A model generated the notes under the pieces. That model was not told the DNA's origin. It searched no databases and saw only the letters and a program-made list of their open reading frames with translations. A DNA stretch of 63,986 bases, filler included, from Stramenopiles sp. TOSAG23-2 (Eukaryota): the NCBI GenBank assembly GCA_900128395.1. It is 3 parts of 3 records of this genome, joined end to end, with 100 filler letters (N's around TTAATTAATTAA, not from the genome) between each part and the next. Parts side by side here need not be neighbours in the genome. Positions count along the whole stretch, not along the records: positions 21,707 to 43,299 come from LT649536.1; 2 more parts are not named here. The stretch is one strand, 5' to 3'. The position numbers and the translations under genes are program-made. Shown here one piece after another: positions 30,811 through 41,000 of the stretch (positions are counted from its first letter, which is position 1; each line of letters opens with the position of its first letter).

Positions 30811-32943
30811 TTACGATCTACAATCTCCACCATCATATTCACATTCATATGAATTACACTCTACATCACAATATCCATCGTTCTTCACATGACGACTCCA
30901 ACAATATTTACTACATAACGGCTCACAATCCAAAGACTTGTCAATACTACACACTTCATTACCAGAGAAATACGATTCAACGTTATTCGTTTTTATCAAT
31001 TTTTTCAATCCATCATCAACATCTGTAATATTATTATCTCTTGCGTCTAGATAGTTTAACCGTTTAAAATTAGATAAATATAATGGAAGGGATTTTAAAT
31101 TACACCGTGCGACTCCCATTTGAACAAGGTTACCTTGTAGCGATTCGTCAGGAAATGTTAGTAACTTATTTCCATTCAAATATAAAAACATTAAATTTGG
31201 AAATTTTTCTCTGTTGAAAATTATATTCAGAGTCATACCATTATTAGCGAAAGCAAGAAACTGCAACAACGGCATATTTATATCAATTTTTGGCGGGTAT
31301 AAACCAATATTACTTTCTAATTGGACACCAACAAGATTCTTATGTGTCCACAATGCCTTTTCGTCATATCGTGTAATATTATTATTGCGCAAATGTAAAG
31401 TCACCAACTTTTCCCATTTACTAATATTAACATCAAACGCATTCAACTTATTATATGAGACTCTAAAGTCAACCATCTCATTTAAACGTTCCATTTTTGG
31501 TGGCAATGTCTTTAAGCTACAATTTGTAATTACAACCTTTCTCAAACCATCCATTTCACTTACAATATTATCCGGCAACTTCGTCAAATTTTTTTCCCCC
31601 TCAATTTTCAAAAATGCACAATTACATTTCGGATGAAATGGTCTATTACAAAAAGGAATTTTAATTTGGCATCCTTTGTTCCATATCAAATCTTTTATTT
31701 CAAAAGTTTCCTCGTCACATGTATTTAAAAACGATATGGTAGCCAATTGCCCAATAACTATAACGACTAAACCTAGTACATAAATAAAACTCATAGTAAA
31801 TACTGTCATTTTTGCGCAACGTGGAAAGTATTTATTTTGTGTCTTTGCTATTTCATCTCTTAATGAGGTTGCATACAACGATTGACGTCTTCTATTCTTT
31901 TTCTTAGATTCCTCCTCTTGTTTTTTACTTATGTTTAAACTGATAAGATCAAACAAACTATGTTTCAATATTGCACGTAATTTTCCAGCCAATGAAAACG
32001 ATGGCATCATAATAATTTGTATTATTTCAGCCACAGATATTTGCATGTCATAGACTACTTGTATTAAAAAAAGTGGCACAAATACAAAAAATAAATCAAT
32101 TGCAATGTCAAGTTTCACTTGGAAATTACGTTCGCCAACATCAATTTTTGTTTTTCCTGTATTACTACTTTTTTTGTACATAATCTTACAGCGATAAATA
32201 GATTCAATTATAAGCATCAAAGCAAACAGCGCATTCCATTCAATTGGTAATGTACAGGAATACACTGTTATTAAATTTGTAAATTGTATCCAATTTTCAA
32301 CAAATTCATGTAAATATAATTTATATAAATAAAATTTTCCATTTATACCTAAATTACTATTATATAAGTTGAATATATATTTAAGTCTTCCCCCTCTGCT
32401 ATTGCGATGTAGAAACTTTTTTTTTCCCCATCGTCTTACTATTCGTTTCCAACAAAGACTAAAATATGAAAATTGGAAAAAAAATATGATGGAAAATATT
32501 AAAAATATCCATATAAATTCCATATTGGCACGGGAAAAGTTTGTAGTTCCACGCGGATTCGCATATTTGAAATAAATATAAAATTGAAACCCAGATATTA
32601 CCAACATGGTGGTAAGTAAAAGAAACCCACTGCAACCAAAATTTTTGCAATTGCATGATAAATTATCCAATATATCTTGCGCAATTTGATCTGTTGTAGA
32701 TACAGTTCGTTTGATTCTTTTTTTATCCTCTTTTTCTTTCTTCTTTTTTTGAACCTCGTTGTTGGTAATGCATAAAAGATCCAATGGTTGCATACCAGAT
32801 TGTATTTGTTCTTTCTTTAAATTCTTCTCCATTTCACTGGATATATTGTTAGTATGCATCATAACAATTTCAACATTCTTTAAAGCGTCATTTTGATTAC
32901 CCTGCTCAACATTGTCAATATTATTAATATTATCATTCTCCAT
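30811..32943 (-). CDS. Multi-pass membrane protein with C-terminal leucine-rich repeats and an LNR (Notch)-like domain
   Basis: About 6-7 hydrophobic segments; LRRs LVTLHLRNNNI, LMFLYLNGNKL, LNYLDARDNNI; terminal DGYCDVECNSYECEYDGGDC. Confidence 0.88.
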   Translation of the reverse strand: MENDNINNIDNVEQGNQNDALKNVEIVMMHTNNISSEMEKNLKKEQIQSGMQPLDLLCITNNEVQKKKKEKEDKKRIKRTVSTTDQIAQDILDNLSCNCKNFGCSGFLLLTTMLVISGFQFYIYFKYANPRGTTNFSRANMEFIWIFLIFSIIFFFQFSYFSLCWKRIVRRWGKKKFLHRNSRGGRLKYIFNLYNSNLGINGKFYLYKLYLHEFVENWIQFTNLITVYSCTLPIEWNALFALMLIIESIYRCKIMYKKSSNTGKTKIDVGERNFQVKLDIAIDLFFVFVPLFLIQVVYDMQISVAEIIQIIMMPSFSLAGKLRAILKHSLFDLISLNISKKQEEESKKKNRRRQSLYATSLRDEIAKTQNKYFPRCAKMTVFTMSFIYVLGLVVIVIGQLATISFLNTCDEETFEIKDLIWNKGCQIKIPFCNRPFHPKCNCAFLKIEGEKNLTKLPDNIVSEMDGLRKVVITNCSLKTLPPKMERLNEMVDFRVSYNKLNAFDVNISKWEKLVTLHLRNNNITRYDEKALWTHKNLVGVQLESNIGLYPPKIDINMPLLQFLAFANNGMTLNIIFNREKFPNLMFLYLNGNKLLTFPDESLQGNLVQMGVARCNLKSLPLYLSNFKRLNYLDARDNNITDVDDGLKKLIKTNNVESYFSGNEVCSIDKSLDCEPLCSKYCWSRHVKNDGYCDVECNSYECEYDGGDCRS

Positions 32944-33295
32944 GATGGTACCTAAAAATTTTTATACTATTTATATTGGATCACCAAAATAACCACTGTG
33001 TGGTACCTGATGATGACGACTATTATATATACGCGAGGAAGAATATATGCAACGTGTAATCCGTATGGCGGTTTAGTGCATGTTTAGTCGTGCAGTCGTG
33101 CAGTCGTCTGCGTCAGGTGCTCACTGGCTCAGACTCTTTCTAAATAAAAGAAGAAAGAGTCGTCAGCAGCAGTCACATCAAGTATCAAGTATTAGTTGGG
33201 TCATCAGTCATCAGTATGGCCATAGTGCTATAATCTACAGGTACAATTTTGTATAGTCTGAGTGTAGTGCAGCGGAATCCTGAAAAATATCCTTA

Positions 33296-33348
33296 ATCCC
33301 CAAGCTCACTTGGGGATGGGTGGTCCATCCCCAAGCAAAATCCCCAAG
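33296..33348. repeat. Four-copy ATCCCCAAG direct/inverted repeat cluster
   Basis: ATCCCCAAG-CTCA-CTTGGGGATGG-GTGGT-CCATCCCCAAG-CAAA-ATCCCCAAG. Confidence 0.85.
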
Positions 33349-33688
33349 GTACTTGTTGTAGTGTTAGTGTTGTATAATTACCTATATATCTATATTACCT
33401 GACTTTTATCCGTAATGCTATTACTATGCTATTTGAAAATGGTACATCTACACATACATACGTATAAAACATGTATGTGAACAATGTTTACATCAATACA
33501 ACGCATCACGTATCATATTTAGATACATACAAACCTATTAATATCCATCGAAAACAAACACTTTAAAAAAAATATAAAAGTATTTCAACCTCTATATAGT
33601 CGTCACCCTCTCTATTATCACACATTACACCCTGTTCTTCCATGATTCACGGAAAAACTTTTCTCTCTTTTTTCTAAAAGTACTCTTT

Positions 33689-35953
33689 CTACTCTTCATG
33701 TGCACCAATATCATCATCTAACATTTTCGCCAATTCAAAAATTGAACCACCTTGTGATAAATAATCTACGTAATCATCGTTTCCATTATTATTATATATA
33801 TTATTACTACTACTATGGTTTTTATTTTGTTGTCTTGCGGACGACGACGATGACGATGATGAAATGTCAATAGCATTTATACCTACTTTAATTTCTTCTT
33901 GATCATCATCAATTTCTGGTTTTGATACATTATTTGATTTCTTTTTGCTTTTTACCGTCACTGCTGTCTTTCGAGTATTATTATTATTTTTATTTTTATT
34001 ATTACTACCATTGATGTTACTTCCCCTATCGTCAATACTCTCAATGGACGTAGCTTTTTTCTTCTCCTTTTCACGTTGTTTCTTTTTCTTACGTTTCTTT
34101 TTCTTTGCCTTAGCTTTACTCGATTTTTCCGCAGCTTCTTCAGCATACATTTCATCCCATTGACTTAGTTGATAAGACAAATGGAATTTTTCACAACTAC
34201 AATTTGTACATACCATACATTTACATTCATTACAATAGAAGCAATCTCTTGCATTTTTACCACTTATATTGTTGCATATTGTACATGTGATAAAATAATT
34301 ATTCCATAGAGAAGATGCACGTTTTGATAAGACTGGATCGCCAGATTTTTGCAACATTTCAACTTTTTTTAAATCAATTAAATGAGCATGACGGTTTGGT
34401 TTTTCAAAGACAATATTAGAATCACTCTCAGGATTCCCGTTATTGTTACTATCGTTACCATTATTTTTTGAAGAAACAAAATTTGCTTGGCGAGTATCAC
34501 TACCTTTTGATTTCTTTTTCTTGTTTTTATTATTATCATTAATAGTTTTACTACTATTATTATTACTTTGATTCTTGTTGTTGTTGTTGTTCTTCTTCTT
34601 CTTATTGGTATTATCACCACCATCTAATATAGCTTTTTTACGAATTGCAGCTAGTATTGGATTGCCATTACCACCCCCATTATCACCCATTTCACCAACT
34701 TTTAATACTTTTTCAAGCCCTTCCAATGCCATTCCAGCCATAGATCGTTCTCCCAGTAAATTGCATAAAATAGTTACGCATCCACATTTTGACAACGCTT
34801 CAATTTGTTTACCGGAACCACATGATGTTGCATTTAAAATAACCCAACAAGCTTCTATTTTAACATCTTGATCAGTACGATCATCTGATATAAGTTTAAT
34901 TAATAATGGTATTACCCCGGAATTCAATACATACTGAATTTGATCCTCCGAACCAGCAGCAATATTGGACAATGTCCAACACGCTTCTTTCTGGATTTCC
35001 CGATTTGAATGACTAACTAACTTCTCCAACCGATGCACTGCATTTAACTGTACAATATGCTGTGTATAATCCTGTTTTTCATCCTCCGCGCATACGATGT
35101 TTCCTATTGTCCTCAATGCAGGTTTTGCTACACGCCATGAGCGATGCTCGAGCAATGCAATCAAGCGTTGGCATACATTAGAATGGACAACTTGTTCCAC
35201 ATATTTACTTGGACCATCACATAAATGACTTAATGCCCAGCAAACGTGACTAAGCACTTCCGTATCATCATTACTGATGATTTTTACTAGGCAAGACAAG
35301 ACAGCTTGTAAATTAAACGACGAGGTGGACGATGAATATGCTTGTGGTTGACCATCGCATATATTGCTCAATGCCCATGTAGATATACGCTGTAAGGACA
35401 AACGGTTACTGTTATTTATTATTTGCAACAATGGCACCAAAGCCTTTTCCTTTAACACTTTGTCCCTGGCTGGCGGCCCATCACCGGCTAGATTACCCAA
35501 TACCCATACAGCTTGTTCTAACACTTCATCATTTGAAGATCCCATCAAACCAACTAATGCTGGAATTGCTCCTTTTTGTATTAATACCCGTGCATGGTCG
35601 CTGGAACCTGCCGCCACATTTGTTAATGCCCATAAAGCTTCTACCTGCAATTCAGTCACGTCATCACGTTTTAAAAAACTAAGCAATCGCGGTATTAAAT
35701 CATGAGCTATTACATCATCTATTAAATATTCTCGCTCTACACTTAAAAGTTGTCGTATTTTCTTAGTTGCTGCTAATTGATCATCCGTTTTTGTACTATA
35801 CAATGATTTTTCTACTTGTCTCAGCAAACTTCTTAAAGCAGGCGTTTCACTATGGCGGTGGATCATGCGATGTTGCTGATGTTGTAAAAATTCTTCTGGT
35901 GTTCGGTAGTTTGGTTGACTTGATTCAGCTTTCCCACCTAAGATTACATCCAT
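33689..35953 (-). CDS. Importin-alpha-like ARM protein with a C-terminal Cys-rich cluster and Lys-rich tail; true start probably at 36228 via a frameshift or intron
   Basis: IRQLLS, EALWALTNVAAG, EQAVWVLGNLAGD, WALSHLCDG, PALRTIGNIV, KEACWTLSNIAAG, EACWVILNATS. Confidence 0.9.
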   Translation of the reverse strand: MDVILGGKAESSQPNYRTPEEFLQHQQHRMIHRHSETPALRSLLRQVEKSLYSTKTDDQLAATKKIRQLLSVEREYLIDDVIAHDLIPRLLSFLKRDDVTELQVEALWALTNVAAGSSDHARVLIQKGAIPALVGLMGSSNDEVLEQAVWVLGNLAGDGPPARDKVLKEKALVPLLQIINNSNRLSLQRISTWALSNICDGQPQAYSSSTSSFNLQAVLSCLVKIISNDDTEVLSHVCWALSHLCDGPSKYVEQVVHSNVCQRLIALLEHRSWRVAKPALRTIGNIVCAEDEKQDYTQHIVQLNAVHRLEKLVSHSNREIQKEACWTLSNIAAGSEDQIQYVLNSGVIPLLIKLISDDRTDQDVKIEACWVILNATSCGSGKQIEALSKCGCVTILCNLLGERSMAGMALEGLEKVLKVGEMGDNGGGNGNPILAAIRKKAILDGGDNTNKKKKNNNNNKNQSNNNSSKTINDNNKNKKKKSKGSDTRQANFVSSKNNGNDSNNNGNPESDSNIVFEKPNRHAHLIDLKKVEMLQKSGDPVLSKRASSLWNNYFITCTICNNISGKNARDCFYCNECKCMVCTNCSCEKFHLSYQLSQWDEMYAEEAAEKSSKAKAKKKKRKKKKQREKEKKKATSIESIDDRGSNINGSNNKNKNNNNTRKTAVTVKSKKKSNNVSKPEIDDDQEEIKVGINAIDISSSSSSSSARQQNKNHSSSNNIYNNNGNDDYVDYLSQGGSIFELAKMLDDDIGAHEE

Positions 35954-35955
35954 GT

Positions 35956-36228
35956 CTAATACTTGAAAATCGTTATTACTTTTACTTTTATTATTATTAT
36001 TACTATTATTATTATTATTACTTGATGGGAAGGAGCTGGTATCATATGACTCCCTCCTTCCCTTTTTTTCCTTGCATCTCCACTTTTCATACGTTTAACA
36101 CCACTTATTTGAGGTTTTAACATTTCTGTATTTTTATCAACAGTGTTGTCTACATTATCATTACTTGCATCTGAACCATTATTCCTTTTATTATTATCAA
36201 CCTGTAAATTTACACTTTTACTATCCAT
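35956..36228 (-). CDS. Probable 5' segment of the importin-alpha-like gene (IBB-like KSGDARKKRE)
   Basis: ATG follows AT-rich upstream DNA; abuts the main ORF; the main frame is open upstream through a poly-Asn tract with no ATG. Confidence 0.55.
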   Translation of the reverse strand: MDSKSVNLQVDNNKRNNGSDASNDNVDNTVDKNTEMLKPQISGVKRMKSGDARKKREGGSHMIPAPSHQVIIIIIVIIIIKVKVITIFKY

Positions 36229-38010
36229 ATTTATTATAATATATTATATTAAATATATTTATAAAATGATTTATTATTATGATCTATTTATTTATATGTA
36301 TATTTGAAATATATATATCCCTCCACCCCTCCACTCGATACCTATCTATCTATATATGTATCTACAATAAGGAGGAATTTTCAATTTCTTTATTATTCTT
36401 TTTGTTTTGTTTTTGGTATGATAAATATATATATAAAATGCATCACACAATCTTCGAGAGTATCATATGGATTATAAATAAATAAAACACATATATTTAT
36501 TATATTATATTATATTTTATAAATTTGTATTATTGTGGGATACACATTGAGATAATTACAGGGTGAATATTATGAGTTCTAAATAGGATTTATAGACTAC
36601 ATATCAGTACAATAAAAAATTCTATCGGAAATTTGTACGCCGTTTTGCACAATGGATTTTCACATATACCATAATAAAGCCATTTAATGCATTCATTACT
36701 TCACTAACGAGCACTCCCAAGAACATTCAATATGTATATACGAGCAATTTAATGTTACAATCTCTTTATTTATATACAAAATGAAAATAATTTATGCTTT
36801 CTATTGTTTTTAAAGACGGAATACTGATGTTGTAAAATTATTTTTAAATAAATGCACTAAATTCCCATAAATCCGACTATAAACCTTAAAAAATATCGAA
36901 TAGCAAAAAATACTTCCCTATGCAATTACATCAAAAGTAAAGTGGGTTATCGATTACCAGTCGGTATGTGAACTGGAATATATCTCAGTTAGTGCGCATT
37001 TTGTTCTTTTTATGAAAAAAATATATTTTTGTATATTTAGTGTGTATGTGTTGGGTGACATGGAAGAGAATTGCATGCATTGTTGAACTTGGAGAGTGTG
37101 TAAATCCTTTGGTGTGTATAGTGTATGGCACAAAAATTTTTGCGCACTACCTTGGTATGTCTCTGGTGCCTCTTTAAAATCGCATTAATAAAAAAGTTGG
37201 ATTTTTGGAGTTATGGGCTTGGGTTTGGGTTTTGGTCAGTGGAGATTCTGAATTACCTTGCTGTGTAATGTACCAAACGGTCATATAACTAATTATACCT
37301 TAAGACTCTCCTGCTCACAAGGACAAAGATAGTGCTATGTCATGTAAGTATAAGTACCTAAAATTCCCATTGTGTGTCCATATAAATTATCTCAATGTGT
37401 ATCCCACAAATATTATTTTTTGGCCTTTCAGCTTTCTTCCACAGCTTTCCTCGTATTCTAATACCCTTTTCAAGTATATAGCTGAGCATCTTCAACCTAT
37501 ATACAGATATCTTTGCTTTGCTATCCCCATATACTATTTTAGATGCATGCTATCATCCATCACATATGCTAATGCTATATCACAGCTTTTAATCATTTTA
37601 TCATTTTATCATTTTTAATTTTTATCTGTGTGATAGCATGAATATTTCCATACCTAACCGGCTAACACTATACAACTTATCTAGGAAATTCCCGCAGTGC
37701 GATGTGTACTTTTGTGTTTTCGTGTTTTATTTGATCGGATTTTTCCTCGCGGCACCTCGTATTACCTGCTGTGTCTACAGTATCCTATACAATGCTATGT
37801 TCATATTAGCAAACCACTCAGCCATACAAATTTATTATTATTATTTTTGGGCCTCATCATCGAATCGTCGAATGAATGAACAACAAAGATGTGTATATAT
37901 CATTTCGTGTGTGTGTATGTATATATATATGATATGATATACAGAATAGATACATAACAATCAAAAAGAGAAAGAGAAATCAATAGCAGTACCACTAGTA
38001 CTATCATATC

Positions 38011-41000
38011 ATGTTGCGTAGATATATTATTAACAATTATGGAGTTGCCCCCCCCCAAAAAGTAAAAACAGTTTTAAAACATTTCGCAAGTGTTCATTTT
38101 TCTTCCACAACAACAACTGGTGGGGATGACGGTGATGGGGAGGATAATAATAACAATAATAATAATAGTGATAGTGAAGATAATAATAATATTAACGACG
38201 ATGATGACGTTGGAACAACAATCGATACTACACAAGAAAGTGTGACAGGCGTAGCACGGCGCGGGTTTGAACCATTGAATACATTGAAAATTTTGAAAAC
38301 TGCATCAAAAGCTGTTGCAAATAAGCATAAAGATAAGCAAGATGCTATATTGCGTTATCGTATGAATATTAAAGACGAAGATTTAGGTGATATACGTAGA
38401 ATGTTTGAACAACGTAGGCTATTAAGAGATGTGCAAAAGAGCAATGAATTAGGCGATGAGGAAATGATGGACGTGGACGATGAGCAGCCTGAATGGGTCA
38501 TTGAGGACGAAAACTACAATTATCCTCCCACCGGCTTTTCCCCAACTGATGTTGAAACATTGTATAAATTTTTACATCCATCCGGTAAAATCATGCCAAG
38601 GTATCAAACAAAATTAAGGGCAAAACATCAACGCAAATTAGCAAAAGCGGTCAAAGCGGCGAGACAAATGGGGTTAATACCCACGACATATGCGTTGCCA
38701 AAACATTTGCAAGAAAAATTTGTACCAGAGGCACTATATGCGCGTGCTCAAACGATGACAAAAAGAGAAAAAACAGATATACGCAACAAGAAAAAAAAAG
38801 AAAGAAAAAAATTAAGATCATTGGAGAATAGGAAAATAATATTAAATGAAAATGAGTTACCAAGTGTTTTAGTTTCTGGTGGCCCTTATTTATTTCACAA
38901 TAGCATGGAAGGTATTGGTACATACGTTGAACGTGTAAAAGATGGGGAGGATTATGAAATATCATTAAGAGGTTCTAACGATAATATCGAAAGAATCTTG
39001 GAAAAGGTCGAACATCGTAAACAAAATTTAATTACAGAGACATTGGAGTTTCCAAAAGAACTTGCAATACCAATTATTGGAAAGAAAGGAGCGAATTTAA
39101 GACGATTTGGGCAAGATCATGGAGTATATTTAAAATTAAAGAGTGATACGAGCGGTGAAGGCAACTTTGATAATTTAAAAGTAGAAATGATTGGTTTGCA
39201 AGAAGAAGTTGAGTTTGCTAGCGAGGCTATGAAAATATTTGTAAAGGATCCAAGCATCGTACGACCTTTTCGTTGGAGGTATGAATATTTGCTACATAAT
39301 CATTTTTCATCGGAAATTGGCAAAATCAATGCCATGTGCAGTGAATTTAAAGGACATGTCGTCTTTAAAGATGGGACAGTATTATGCTATGTTGACAAAA
39401 TGAACCCTTTCAGTAAGAAGAAAAGCAAAGATACCATGGCAAAGGCAATACGTACATTTGCATCGGAAAAGTTGATACGTTTACCAATTAATAGTAGTGC
39501 TGTTCCAGACTGGTTGCAGCCTTTGTTTGGGGATACAAATGGAAATAAAAATGCATTTTTATTGAAGAAATATTTGATGCAAAATTATAACGTCACATTA
39601 TATGACAGTAACGAGGACGACGACGATGAGGATGGAAGATACTGGGTAGTAGGTCTTGATGACAATGATACAAGGCAATTTCAAAGTGATTTTTTAAGAT
39701 TAATTGGAAATTCATTTGTAATTGATAATAGTGTCTTGCCACGTGTTCTTGGTCAAGTTAAAAAAATCCAAGATACCACCAACACATTTATCCAGTTTTT
39801 GTACAAAGATTCCACTAAGAAGGAAAATGTATGCTTAATTATTGGAAGTGATGATAATGTAAATAATGCAAAAGATTTAATTGAAAAAATTAGTAGCCGT
39901 GATAGTTTCGAAAAGGAAGCAGGTGTTCAACAGACAATGTTAAAAATTCGAGAAGATATGAAATATGATTGGAGTATTGCAAATGAATTTATCAATTGTT
40001 CTGTACAGAGTGGAAACAGTGACGATGAAGTTGCAGTATTTTATGATACTGATGAAAGCTTGCAACGATTAGAAGATTATATTCAAAAACGAAATTTACA
40101 TGTTGATGGTAGTAATGATGTAGAATTTGTTGAAGATGAAATATATTTACCAAGCATTATTGTACCTCAAATTTCTGGGAAAGGTCAAAAAAATTTAAGA
40201 TGTCTTCGTTTTTTCACCGGTGCAAATATATCATTAAGCGATGCTGGCTTAAAGTTTCAAGGGCCAAAAGAACAAGTGGAGGAAGCTGTAAGACTTACTC
40301 GTTCTAAAATAGAAGCCATATCCCAGCAAGCCACTGACAAACCGACTGATGTTTATGAATTTCCAGTAGCAGCTGTTCCAGTATTTATGCAAAAAGACAA
40401 AAGGAATGCCATGAATGAATTCACACGCATTTCTGCAGAGACTGGAACTTTATTGCAATTTAAACAGGAAGGTTTAGATTTACGTAAAAAAACCCTTTTG
40501 ATTTTTGGCACTCCAGCACAATGTAAAGTGGCCAAACAACGATGTGTTGATGTGGTGGATTCAATAAATATAGAATCGGTCACAGTGCAATTAAATAAAT
40601 ATACAAGCGATGGTGTTGATACGGACACGATTACGGATGGAGTGTTTGATAATTTACATAATTTTCAAGTGCGTTCAAATGCAGCACTTATTGTTAGAAG
40701 TGATACAGTAGAAATACACGGCGATGAAAGATACATCGATAAAGGTGTTGCAGTATTAGGAGAGATAATTGACACATTTAAAGATAAGGAAACGCAAATG
40801 ATTACCATCCCAGAAAACAGAATTTCTGAAATTATTGGCGGAGGTGGTAAAAACATTCGTCGATTGAAAAAGATATCAGGATGCAGCGGAATTCAAATTC
40901 ATGACGAAAGAACTGTTGGTGTGGAGGAAGGATTTAAACAAGTTGAATTTACTGGAAAAAGGTACCAAACGGAAATTGCCATTGACCAGTTGTTTCAAGA

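Noticed and set aside
37211..37236. TGGGCTTGGGTTTGGGTTTTGG telomere-like run
   Set aside because: Too short and irregular, and internal
36279..37937. Short ORFs and possible ncRNA in the 1.8-kb divergent spacer
   Set aside because: No recognisable protein, tRNA or snRNA motifs
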